This document shows, piece after piece, positions 26,819-37,300 of a DNA stretch of 64,000 bases (position 1 is its first letter; every line of letters begins with the position of its first letter). Both the position numbers and the translations under genes were made by a program. Where the stretch lies: positions 59,451 through 123,450 of the IMG/VR virus record IMGVR_UViG_3300042997_000909. One strand, written 5' to 3'. The DNA comes from a virus (lineage: Duplodnaviria > Caudoviricetes). A model generated the notes under the pieces. The model saw nothing but the letters and a program-made list of their open reading frames with translations, searched no databases and was not told the DNA's origin.

Positions 26819-27043
26819 ATGAGCGCACTGACATACATAAATGAACTTTTTGCTGATTCTTTATACCAAGAGTTTAACAAAGATCGTTATGGATTGAAAG
26901 GTTGTAAAAAACGCCTTGATCCAGATTATGCGTATGAAATGAAGGCTCTGTATGAAAGAGGATTAGAACGCAAAAACTGCAATTTAACAAGTAATTGTTG
27001 TTGTACTTTTGAAGCAATAGAAGAACAAATTAATACATTGTAG
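26819..27043 (+). CDS. small structural protein
   Basis: 74 aa, abuts both neighbours. Confidence 0.65.
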   Translation: MSALTYINELFADSLYQEFNKDRYGLKGCKKRLDPDYAYEMKALYERGLERKNCNLTSNCCCTFEAIEEQINTL

Positions 27044-28630
27044 ATGAAACCAGTATCTTCAAACATAGACAAGTACAGAAAAGGTGGCTGCATGCCAATC
27101 TCTGCATCTTGCGTTACATGGGATGGCCCTGATATTTCTTGCATAAACTTATGCAAAGGGGATACAATTGATGTTGTTATATACGAGTTAGCTAAAATAT
27201 TATGTGATATTACTGAAAATGTTTTGGATGTTACAACACTTGATTTTGAGTGTTTAGTTGAAAATGGACAATGTCCACCAGAAACACTTTTAGAAACATT
27301 GCAATTATTGATAACAAATGCTTGTACAACACCAACACCTCCAGATCCTCCTGGACCAACTCCTTTACCAAACGTTGATTTACCAGAGTGTCTTTGGTAT
27401 GTAGATGGTGAAGGTGATACTGTAACAGCGTTACCTCTTGATGAATATGTTGAATACTTGGCATCTCAAATTTGTCAGATTTTAACTGATATAGGTAGTA
27501 TTAATGCAGTAATTACATCTCTCAATACAAGGGTAACTATTCTTGAAGCTGCTATTGGTGGAGGTGGAGGTAGTTCACCAGTAATTAATATTACTACAAA
27601 ATGTTTAAGTGGTAGTGCACCTGGACAGGTTCTACCAATAACTACTGCGTTCTCAAACTTAGAACAAAAACTTTGTGAATATCTGGCATTACTTGGCACA
27701 TTAACAGAGTGGCAAACAATGTTTGATAATATCTGTATTGATAATACTACAACATTGCCTTGTGGTACTGGAACTTATGGTGATATAGCTGGTTGGATAA
27801 CTGATCCACAAACTGTCGCTGGTTCAATAAATAATCTATGGCTGGTTGTTTGCAAGATAAATGATTGCATATCAGGATCATCTGAATTACCATGTGTTAT
27901 AGTTCCACCTGTATCAGCATCATTATCCAATTTGACTACTACAAGTTGTAGAGTAAATTGGGTTCCTCCATCTACACCAACATCGCAAGCTCCTATTTCT
28001 TATAAGATTGAAGTTTTCAACTTGTCAGGAACAATACCACCATTAATTAGTGTAATTGTAGGCACTACACCAAATTATTACAATATAGTTGATCCTGCAA
28101 TTGTTGCTGGTACTCAATACATTGTAAAAGTGGCTGCTATTTTTGATTGTGGAAATTCTTCTACTGTACAAACACAAGGGGTATTAAAAGATAATCCATA
28201 TGTTGCAAAATTGTTTTACGCAAAAACAGTTGAATCAAGTACTGCAAAAATATGTACTAACCCAGTATCTGGTATAGCTACTCCTTATACAGAAAGAATT
28301 GACAGAATTACAATGTCACTTAAAGATGGATCTGGCAATCCTGTATTAAATTCAGGTTCTCAGATTGACACAGTAATCACTCTAAAAAGAGATGCATGTA
28401 CTGGTCCAGATATATATATTAATTTGACAATTTCAATACCAACAGGATTTAGTACAGGATTTGCTACGTTTGTTGCATTTCAAGATGTATATTGTGTTGG
28501 ACTTAGTACAACTTGTCAATTACAAACTACTACAGTTTCTTGTTGGGATGGTTCTACTTATACAGGTGGAGCACCACTGCCAACAACAATAGGAATAGAC
28601 ACATCATTATCAGGATTAGGCACATGTTAA
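27044..28630 (+). CDS. Cys-rich tail fibre with FN3 domain
   Basis: N-terminal CVTWDGPDISC module; coiled coil; FN3-like LTTTSCRVNW...YIVKVAA. Confidence 0.7.
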   Translation: MKPVSSNIDKYRKGGCMPISASCVTWDGPDISCINLCKGDTIDVVIYELAKILCDITENVLDVTTLDFECLVENGQCPPETLLETLQLLITNACTTPTPPDPPGPTPLPNVDLPECLWYVDGEGDTVTALPLDEYVEYLASQICQILTDIGSINAVITSLNTRVTILEAAIGGGGGSSPVINITTKCLSGSAPGQVLPITTAFSNLEQKLCEYLALLGTLTEWQTMFDNICIDNTTTLPCGTGTYGDIAGWITDPQTVAGSINNLWLVVCKINDCISGSSELPCVIVPPVSASLSNLTTTSCRVNWVPPSTPTSQAPISYKIEVFNLSGTIPPLISVIVGTTPNYYNIVDPAIVAGTQYIVKVAAIFDCGNSSTVQTQGVLKDNPYVAKLFYAKTVESSTAKICTNPVSGIATPYTERIDRITMSLKDGSGNPVLNSGSQIDTVITLKRDACTGPDIYINLTISIPTGFSTGFATFVAFQDVYCVGLSTTCQLQTTTVSCWDGSTYTGGAPLPTTIGIDTSLSGLGTC

Positions 28631-28646
28631 AAAAAAAATATGAATT

Positions 28647-29396
28647 ATGTATAGTAAAGATGGATGTATGAAAACTTCTTCAAACTGTGTAATCTGGGAA
28701 GGTCCAGATATACCATGTTTGAAGTTATGCAAAGGTGACACAATCACTGAAGTGCTTTTCAAACTTGCAACAAAGTTTTGTGACACGCTTGTTATGCTTG
28801 ATCCAAGCACATATGATATTTCATGTTTTAATTATATTGGGTGTCCACCTGAAGATTTTGCTGAGCTGTTTCAAATTGTAATAGATCAGATATGTACCAT
28901 ACAACTCCTACCTGGCCCTCCAGGAACAAAAGGTGCAGATGGTGCAGATGGCAAAAGTGGTAACTATGTAAAAGTTGAAGAGGTATTGATTGGTAGTCCA
29001 TTTTGTCCATGTGGTGGTGTAGAAATACAACTATACAATGGCATATCAAATACAATCATCAATAGATACTATGCTTGTACTGGATGTAATGGTACAGCTG
29101 GCACAACAGGTCCTCAGGGTCCTCAAGGAGCTGATGGTTCTCAGGGTCCAAGAGGTGCAACTGGTCCACAAGGTCCAGCAGGGCCAGCAGGGCCAAGTAT
29201 ATATACAGGTCCAGATCTTATTTGTCAAGGTGAAACAATATTGTTATCAGGAATGCAATTCTCGCAAGCATTGATTAATATTGTTACATATGTGCAAAAG
29301 ATAAATAATATTGATTGTAACCAAACGCCATGTACAAATGGGTATGTAGCAATAACTGATTATGTTTTAGAAGAATGGGCAAAAGTACCTGCATAA
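28647..29396 (+). CDS. Cys-rich fibre protein with collagen-like repeats
   Basis: N-terminus paralogous to the 27044 gene; G-X-Y runs at ~28913-28960 and ~29082-29198. Confidence 0.75.
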   Translation: MYSKDGCMKTSSNCVIWEGPDIPCLKLCKGDTITEVLFKLATKFCDTLVMLDPSTYDISCFNYIGCPPEDFAELFQIVIDQICTIQLLPGPPGTKGADGADGKSGNYVKVEEVLIGSPFCPCGGVEIQLYNGISNTIINRYYACTGCNGTAGTTGPQGPQGADGSQGPRGATGPQGPAGPAGPSIYTGPDLICQGETILLSGMQFSQALINIVTYVQKINNIDCNQTPCTNGYVAITDYVLEEWAKVPA

Positions 29397-29423
29397 AATG
29401 TTTATTAAAAAATAGAAAATACT

Positions 29424-30104
29424 ATGATTACTGATACAGCTGCCATAGCACCTCGTCCTGATTCTCCATTTTGGATACTGTACGATATACTTGATACAGG
29501 ACAAAACTATCCAACTGGAAGTCCAAATGTATGTTGTCCTTCATGTGGACCTTACATTATAAGTTCAGTAGAAACTTTTTTAAAGTATGCAGAGGCTGTG
29601 GGTTATCCACAAAATTGTTGTGCATGTTGCTTAAATGCCTATGCAGCTCCAGAAGTAATAGCTGTACTTGAAAAGGCACTTAGTCGTCAACCAATACCTA
29701 AGCCAGCATTAGCAAAAGCTGCAATAGCAGAACCTGTTCCTACTAATGAGTTTTATCTAGGGTGCACAAATCATTTTACAGAAGAAGTGGAAAGTTTAAA
29801 GTTATTACTTACGCCAACAGAACAGTTAGATTTTGCTGACATAGGCATTGTGGAATATGGAAGTTTAAATGCTGATTTAACATCAAATGTATCTGACTTA
29901 AAAGCAATGCTTGTTGCGTTTTTTACAGCGCCTGGTAACTTGTTGACATATGGTGCAATGCTAGAAAACTTATTGAGTATAGGTTTCGTTCTATGGTGTG
30001 CAAATGGTAGAACATATCTATCATCAGTAGAAAACTATTTGAAATGGGCTGAGGCAGTGGGAGTAGCAAAAGGAAGAGAAGCAACATATGCAAAAGAAAT
30101 ATAA
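29424..30104 (+). CDS. hypothetical structural protein with internal repeat
   Basis: YIISSVETFLKYAEAVG repeated as YLSSVENYLKWAEAVG. Confidence 0.7.
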   Translation: MITDTAAIAPRPDSPFWILYDILDTGQNYPTGSPNVCCPSCGPYIISSVETFLKYAEAVGYPQNCCACCLNAYAAPEVIAVLEKALSRQPIPKPALAKAAIAEPVPTNEFYLGCTNHFTEEVESLKLLLTPTEQLDFADIGIVEYGSLNADLTSNVSDLKAMLVAFFTAPGNLLTYGAMLENLLSIGFVLWCANGRTYLSSVENYLKWAEAVGVAKGREATYAKEI

Positions 30105-30128
30105 ATTATAAATTTAAAATAAACAGAA

Positions 30129-31808
30129 ATGGCAACAAATGATAATTGTGAAGGTTGTGGATGTGGACCATCAATACCAGAACCATGTATTACTCCACCA
30201 CCAGTATGTCCTGATCCACAGCCATGTACTGAAATAACTGATGCCCAGTGTGTTAAGTACACAGGACCTGCATTAACATGTAATGATGTACCAATTATTC
30301 CAACAAACACATCGCTTGCTGATGCACTTGCAGCACTTGTTGATTTGACATGTGAAGACGCATGTTGTACAATACCAGCTGTAACAAGTATAGAAGATCC
30401 TGATTACATTATGCTTTGTGTAGATGATACTGCATTTTGTCCTTATGATGGGTTACTCTATAACTGGTTTGCAATTAACATTGCAACTGCTGGCAATGGT
30501 CGTGTAGCTGGAGGTATTGTCAATATAAATGCTGTTGATAATCCAATTAATACGTGGAGAGTTCCAAACAACAATGACTGGCAAGCATTGGTAACAGCAA
30601 TTAATCCAACTGCAACATTTGCACCATGGAATAATATTGCAGCAGGTCCAATGAAATCATTGACATGTTGGAGTATACCAAACAGTGCAGCTAATAATTC
30701 AACAACATTAGCAGTAATGCCATCTGTGTATCGTCTTGATACTGGTGTGTTTACACTAAACAATGGTCAAATTGGTACATACTGGGGTTGGGATAGTGTA
30801 GCTACTGCAACAGGATATATGTATTCACTTGAGTTTGATGATGATACATTGTTTAGAACAGTAGTAGATAAAAACCAAGGTTTGCGTTTAAGACTTGTAA
30901 GACCTGCTGAATGTAATGAGGATCCAGGAGATGCAATTCCAAATGCATATAAAGACAATTCTGGCAACTTGTATAACGGTATTGTTATTGGAAGTCTTGT
31001 CTGGTTAACTGCAGATCTTAAGGATTTAAAATACAATAATGGAAATGTTATACCTGTAGAAACAGTTAATGCTACATGGGCAGGTTTAACTACAGGCGCA
31101 TTGTGTTACCCATTAAATGACACTACCTATGAGATAGAGTATGTTATTGGATGTAAACAAGTAAAAATATCTTTTGAGAACTTTGTTGAGAACTTACCAT
31201 CAGGACCTGGTACAAAAATTGTAACTGTTACAGGTGGTTATGGTATTACTGTTACTGAGCGCATTATTAGTCCAACAAAAACTGATTACTTGATAGATGC
31301 AGATTGTTGCGAAGACTTATCTAAAGAGATTCAGGAAATTACAAAAATTACTGAGACTTTAATTGGTGATATAAATACACTAGAAGAATGTTGTGCTACA
31401 AATACTGAGCAGATTGCAAATTTAAACAGAAGACCACAATATGAAGGTTATTTTGCAGCTGGTGAGGTTTTTGTAACAAATCCTGCATGGCATGTTCAAA
31501 GTAATCCATACAATACATTGGAGTTTACTGCAACTGAAACGCGTCAGCATCTTGTAACAATAACAGTAAATACTAGTGAAGAAGATCCTAATTCAAGAAT
31601 GGGAATGGGTTTTGGCATAAATGGTAGTAATCCAGTTGGGAATGTAAACACAAACCCTTTTGTAATAAAATATGTTATTGGTGCAGATGGTACTACTACA
31701 CACACATACATACTTGATTTAACTGCTGGTGATGACGTTGTTTTAATGTTTCAAGCAATTACAGGTGTTGTTGTGATGGATCCACTTTGGATGGTTGTTC
31801 AGTACTAA
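30129..31808 (+). CDS. fibre/receptor-binding protein with FISUMP (Fib_succ_major)-like domain
   Basis: GLLYNWFA, WRVPNNNDWQAL, GTYWGW, GLRLRLVR, then DNSGNLY..IVIG..W...LK..KYNNG..IP...GALCY; C-terminal beta-sandwich. Confidence 0.7.
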   Translation: MATNDNCEGCGCGPSIPEPCITPPPVCPDPQPCTEITDAQCVKYTGPALTCNDVPIIPTNTSLADALAALVDLTCEDACCTIPAVTSIEDPDYIMLCVDDTAFCPYDGLLYNWFAINIATAGNGRVAGGIVNINAVDNPINTWRVPNNNDWQALVTAINPTATFAPWNNIAAGPMKSLTCWSIPNSAANNSTTLAVMPSVYRLDTGVFTLNNGQIGTYWGWDSVATATGYMYSLEFDDDTLFRTVVDKNQGLRLRLVRPAECNEDPGDAIPNAYKDNSGNLYNGIVIGSLVWLTADLKDLKYNNGNVIPVETVNATWAGLTTGALCYPLNDTTYEIEYVIGCKQVKISFENFVENLPSGPGTKIVTVTGGYGITVTERIISPTKTDYLIDADCCEDLSKEIQEITKITETLIGDINTLEECCATNTEQIANLNRRPQYEGYFAAGEVFVTNPAWHVQSNPYNTLEFTATETRQHLVTITVNTSEEDPNSRMGMGFGINGSNPVGNVNTNPFVIKYVIGADGTTTHTYILDLTAGDDVVLMFQAITGVVVMDPLWMVVQY

Positions 31809-31829
31809 GATTATACTCTTGTAATAGCG

Positions 31830-31858
31830 AACCCTCATTCTTTGAGGGTTTTGTTTTT
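31830..31858 (+). terminator. intrinsic terminator
   Basis: AACCCTCA-ttctt-TGAGGGTT followed by TTGTTTTT. Confidence 0.75.
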
Positions 31859-31914
31859 ATGCTTATATTTGCTTAACTCATTTATTTTGCCTATATTTTT
31901 ATTGAGGAACAAGT

Positions 31915-32493
31915 ATGAAAAACTTTGCACCAGATATTAAAGGACCAAGATTCAGAAAGCCAACAAAAAAAACTGTTGTGGCATCACTGATTAATGACAT
32001 TCAGTCTCAAGTCTTTGCTGCAAAATACTTGTCAGAAGAACAAATTAAAAAAGTATTACTTGAGTTCAACAAAGAAGTTTATGTGACTGCTATTGACAAA
32101 AGAGATGGTGTAGAAATACCAAGTCAGATTGGTCACTTGTTCATTGGAACATGTCCACGTACAAAAAATAAAAACGTTGACTACAAGAAAACTGCTGAAG
32201 TGGGTAAAGCTGTTCAGTATAACAACTGGGAAACAGACAGTCACTTAGCAAAGATATTTTTTACAACATTTGCAAGCAGATACAAGTTTAAGAATAATGA
32301 ATTATGGGGATTCTCAGGTGTACGCAACTTTAAAAGAAGTGTTTCTAAGGAGTATCCAAAGAAGTGGAATACATACATACAAGTTGATCCACATAAGAAA
32401 ATCAGTACACTTTTCAGAAGTAGACTTTATAAAATTGAACGCACTGAAAATGATACTGAGAATTTGAAAATGTATAACGAATTTGAGTTTTAA
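31915..32493 (+). CDS. divergent IHF/HU-like basic protein
   Basis: IKKVLLEFN...IDKRDGVEIPSQIGHLFI; position before ring genes as in crAss-like phages. Confidence 0.55.
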   Translation: MKNFAPDIKGPRFRKPTKKTVVASLINDIQSQVFAAKYLSEEQIKKVLLEFNKEVYVTAIDKRDGVEIPSQIGHLFIGTCPRTKNKNVDYKKTAEVGKAVQYNNWETDSHLAKIFFTTFASRYKFKNNELWGFSGVRNFKRSVSKEYPKKWNTYIQVDPHKKISTLFRSRLYKIERTENDTENLKMYNEFEF

Positions 32494-32494
32494 C

Positions 32495-33163
32495 ATGACA
32501 GTTGGAGAAGCAATATCAAGAGTACGTAACCAAGTAAAGGCTGTTAAGCAGGATGCTAACATAACCAATAGGTTTTTGTACTCAGTGATTATGAAACATG
32601 CGCGATTCTTTATGCATCGCCAAGATAATCTTAATCGCATAATGAAATACAACAGTGTATTTCAAACTTTAAATTTTGTTGAGCTTATCACTGTAGATGT
32701 TGCAGAAGCGCAATGTTATGGTGTAGATACTGGTTGCTACTTTAAAAGAACAAAAAAGAAACTTCCTAGAATGATTGAAGGTTATTATGGACCATTACTT
32801 AGGTCAGTAACATCTTTAGATTTATCTCAACAAGCTATTCCAACATTTCCAATTACATTTCAACAAATCTCAAGACAAAGCACATTCAAGTATAATAGCA
32901 AAAAGTATTACTGGTATCTAAATGGATACTTATATTTTCCAAATCTTGAATGGGAAGCTATAAGATTAGAAGGTGTTTTTGAAGAAGATATATCAAGCAT
33001 GAACTGTGATACAACAGATGACTGTTTGTTTGTCACTGACCAGAAAATAAATGTGCCAGAATTCTTATTCTCAGAAATTGAACAACTTGTGATGCGTGAT
33101 CTTGGTGTGATGATTCAAATTCCTTCAGATCCTGGTCAAAATGCATCAAGTGTAACATCATAA
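32495..33163 (+). CDS. tail ring / tubular protein
   Basis: KRTKKKLP, YYWYLNGYLYFPN, EGVFE motifs; likely ATG at 32495. Confidence 0.65.
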   Translation: MTVGEAISRVRNQVKAVKQDANITNRFLYSVIMKHARFFMHRQDNLNRIMKYNSVFQTLNFVELITVDVAEAQCYGVDTGCYFKRTKKKLPRMIEGYYGPLLRSVTSLDLSQQAIPTFPITFQQISRQSTFKYNSKKYYWYLNGYLYFPNLEWEAIRLEGVFEEDISSMNCDTTDDCLFVTDQKINVPEFLFSEIEQLVMRDLGVMIQIPSDPGQNASSVTS

Positions 33164-33166
33164 CAA

Positions 33167-34336
33167 ATGAAAGCAGAACTAAAATATAGAACATTTGATG
33201 AACTTCTTGACAGTGTTAAGATAGACATAAGAACGTTTGATCTTGAGGGAATGATAGATGATCAAACTTTAATCAAGGTTGTTCAACGTGTAAATTATGA
33301 TTTGGGTTTAAAGATAAATCCTAATCGCACAAAGATGCTTGAAGTCTCAAACTATCGCGCAAAACTCCCTTCAGACTTTGCTGTTTTAAACCATGCACTT
33401 TTGTGCACTGGTTCTATTGATACGCACATGCCACCACTATGGTCATATAAAACATATAATCAGGGGGTGGCTGATGGAATATACCAAGCTGAATTTGAAA
33501 TCTATAGAAAAATGGTAGAACAATATACGCAAATAGTAAACATTGTACCTGGTATAAATACTATTACACATAACCTAGGTACAAACTATGTGATTGTCCA
33601 AGCATTAGCAATGGATCATTCACTGCTTACGCTAGATGTTATCATTATTGATGATGATACAATACAACTTGTGTCTGAATATCCAGGTGCATACAATGGT
33701 GTAATTGTTACAATAATGGGTTCTAAAGCAAGTAATGGTGAACATTGTCCACCAGATCCATGTCCTATTCCACCAAACCCATGTGTGCAAGATCCAAAGC
33801 CATGTCATAATACGTCCATTACACATGAAAATGGGCATCCTGTTGTAATAGACAGATGTAATGGAAGAACGCGAAAGTTCAAAAACATGTTTAGACTTGA
33901 GATTGTAAAGAACAACTCAATGTCTGCTGATTGTGTAGATGTAAATTCACGCAACTACTATTCAGTGTTTTTGAAAAATGGATTTCTTGAAACAAACTTT
34001 AAGGAAGGTGAAGTACTTGTGATGTATGATAGTGTAATGGAAACAGACAAAGGAGAGTTAATGGTTCTTAGTCATCCATATGCTGATGAGTATTATGAGT
34101 ATGCACTTAAGGAACGTATTTATGAGAACCTTGCTCAGGCAGGTGAGAACACAGTTCAGTTAATGCAACTTATGTCTGGTAAATTACGCGAAGCAAGAAA
34201 CAAAGCACTTGGCTTTATAAATACTCCTGACTTTGGTGAATTGAAACAAATGTGGGAGACAAATAGAAAAGCACAGTATTCGCGATTCTATGACATGTTT
34301 AAAAATCATATGCCGTATCATCCATATTACACATAA
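33167..34336 (+). CDS. tail ring protein with inserted domain
   Basis: AKLPSDF, NGFLETNFKEGEV..Y...D..GE motifs (P22 gp4-like); insert with ITHNLGT and a Cys/Pro linker. Confidence 0.65.
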   Translation: MKAELKYRTFDELLDSVKIDIRTFDLEGMIDDQTLIKVVQRVNYDLGLKINPNRTKMLEVSNYRAKLPSDFAVLNHALLCTGSIDTHMPPLWSYKTYNQGVADGIYQAEFEIYRKMVEQYTQIVNIVPGINTITHNLGTNYVIVQALAMDHSLLTLDVIIIDDDTIQLVSEYPGAYNGVIVTIMGSKASNGEHCPPDPCPIPPNPCVQDPKPCHNTSITHENGHPVVIDRCNGRTRKFKNMFRLEIVKNNSMSADCVDVNSRNYYSVFLKNGFLETNFKEGEVLVMYDSVMETDKGELMVLSHPYADEYYEYALKERIYENLAQAGENTVQLMQLMSGKLREARNKALGFINTPDFGELKQMWETNRKAQYSRFYDMFKNHMPYHPYYT

Positions 34337-34339
34337 CAG

Positions 34340-37300
34340 ATGGCTGACAATACACAAAACACAACAGGTGTCAAAACCAATTCTTTTAACAAGGGAATGG
34401 TTAAAGACAACACAGACATTTTTATGTCTGAAGGTCTTTGGTATAACGCTATTAATGCAATAAACAATTCGCATTATGGTGAAACAGGTTCTATAGGAAA
34501 TGAACCTTCAAACAAGTTTTGTGCTCAGGCTCCATATACTATTATTGGCTATGCATTTATACGTGAAACAGAATGGTTAGTGTTTTCAACAAATAATATT
34601 GATTCTGAAATAGGTATTTTTGATGAGTCAAAATGTAGTTACACAAAACTTATCAATGACACATGCCTTAATTTTAAGACAACAAATCTTATTACAGCGT
34701 TTGTAAAAGAAAATTATGATTGTACTTTTTCTGGATACTGGCAAGATAACTTGAATCCAGATAGAGTTATGAATCTAAATAATATTCCATACATATGTGT
34801 TCCTGCAAGTGAAGATCCTTGTGATGGCGATATTTGTACTGATAGATTGGATTGTAACAAAATTCGTTTACATCCACTAGTAAAACAACCTTGTGTAAAT
34901 ATTAGAAAAGCAATTGGTTCAGGTCAAATTATTAATGGTAGCTACATGGCTGCTATTGCTTATTCTGAAAATGGAATACGTTTGACAGAATACTCAATGC
35001 CAAGTGTACCACAAGGTCTTTGGAAAGATAGTGGATTTGGAGGAAGTCTTGAAATAAATCTTGATGACCTTGATCCACAGTTTGAAGAATATGAATTAGT
35101 AATCATATCTGTCAATACGCAAAACGCGATTGCAAAAAAGATAGGATACTACAACATAAATCAAAAAATTGTAATCATTGATGTTATTCAAGGAGCACTT
35201 GAAACAATTCCATTGTCTTATATACCATTAAGAAATGTGGTGTATGATAAGAGTGAGAAAATGGCTGTTGTTAATGGATATCTTATCAGAAGTGGTGTAA
35301 GTACACAACCATACATTAACTATCAAATACAAGCTAACAAAATACAAACAAATTGGGTTGCTGTTGAATATGATACAAATTATTACTGGAATGGTGGTAA
35401 TGTTATGGGATACATGCGTGATGAAGTTTATTCATACTTTATCAGATGGATATATAACACAGGAAATCGTACAGCATCTTATCATATACCAGGACGTGCA
35501 GCAATACCTTCTGATTTACTTCCAGTTAGTGGCGATGATATTGTTGATCCTACTGAACAATTTGCTTGGCAAGTATATGACACTTCTACAAAAGTACCTG
35601 CGTCAGGTTCAGAAAAAGATGGAGGGATTGTTATTGCAAGAGGAAATATGGGTTATTGGGAATCAATTGAAAGATATCCTGTAAACCCTGAAGTATGGGG
35701 TGACTTATGTTACAAGCCTATACGCCATCACAAGATGCCTTCAAATGAAACTATTCATATCCATAATCAAGGAGGTAGTAGAATTATTGTACTTGGTGTA
35801 GAATTTAGTAATATAGAACCACCAGTAGATTTAGATGGTAATCCTATTTCTGAGATTGTTGGTTATGAAATACTACGTGGTTCAAGAGAAGGGAACAAGT
35901 CAATTGTTGCAAAAGGAATTTTTGCTAATATGTTGGAATTCAACATAAATGGTCAAACAAGTAAAAAAGGTTTGATGCAAAACTATCCATACAATGATGT
36001 ACGTCCTGATCCATTCTTGTCTGATGACTATACAATTCTTGATAACAATGAAAATGAAGACCCATGGGAAAATGCTTCTAAATTAAACAAGTATAAAAAG
36101 AATTATTTATCTTTTCACTCTGTAGAAACAAACTTTGAAAGACCAGCATTTGGTACAAACTATATCAAGGTTTATACAGAAGAAAAGGGTACTGCTACAG
36201 GTCAGTTTGAATTACCATACAAGCATCCTAGATTTAAGTTACTTACTGATAATGCATTTACATTGTCTGTTGCAGTAGGTTTAGGGATTGCACTGATTGA
36301 AGCTTTAGGGAAATCAACAGTAAAGGGAGGAAACTTTCCATTGGTTGCAGCTACTGGTGCACCTTATGCTGATGCTGCTAGAGAATCTGGATCAGCTACA
36401 ACAATTTCAGATTTAATTACTGGTGGTATTCTTTCAGGACTTTCTACTGGCGGTCAAGCTAACGTAGTGGGAACAGTAGCTGGTATTGTACAATTTGCAA
36501 TAAGCTTAGGGTTTTGGATACCACGTGGAATGAGTGTTGTTCTTGATTTGATTAGAAATATGTCAAATTACAGAGACTACTTGCTTCAGTATAATAGTCA
36601 TGGTTTTTATTCTAACTACACAAATGTTAATAACACAAGTGTTCCTTCAGGATACAACAAAGCATTTAGACGTAGAATAGAAGATAACATGATCAAGTAT
36701 GTTGGAATGCACATCCAGGATTTTGATAATACCTATAGAATAAACAATCTTTACAGAACAAAGTTTGTAGGTTTAAAACTTACAAAGGATTTGCCATTAC
36801 CAGTATCAATAGACAACTCAAAAAAACGTGTTAAAGATGTATCAGGCATTTCATACAAAGATCCTTTTGGTGAATTTACGTCTAGCATTTGTCAATATTA
36901 TGGTGCTATTAAAGTAGACTATCAAAATCAGTATGGTCAGCTTTATGGCATAGTACAGATACCTACTGATTCATGTGTATATGAAACAGTACCTGCAGTA
37001 GGCGTTACTTACAATACAAATGCAATATTTGGTGGTGATGTTTATATAAATAGATACACTGAAAAGAATGCACATTTTTTCTTTAACACATGGATGTTAG
37101 GTGAAATGGATGGAACAGAATGGGACTACAGAAACTATGTGAATGGTCCTGCTCCAAGATACTGGGCATCTTATCAAAACTTTGACGCTTCAGATTTTAA
37201 CATAACATTTGATTGGAATTTTCCATCACAGTTACTTCCTGATTTAGATTTAACAACACCATCTGACAATTATAGACTTGATGCTGCAAACAATGGATTT

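Noticed and set aside
30129-31808. Diversity-generating retroelement
   Set aside because: No reverse transcriptase or adenine-variant repeat pair seen in this window
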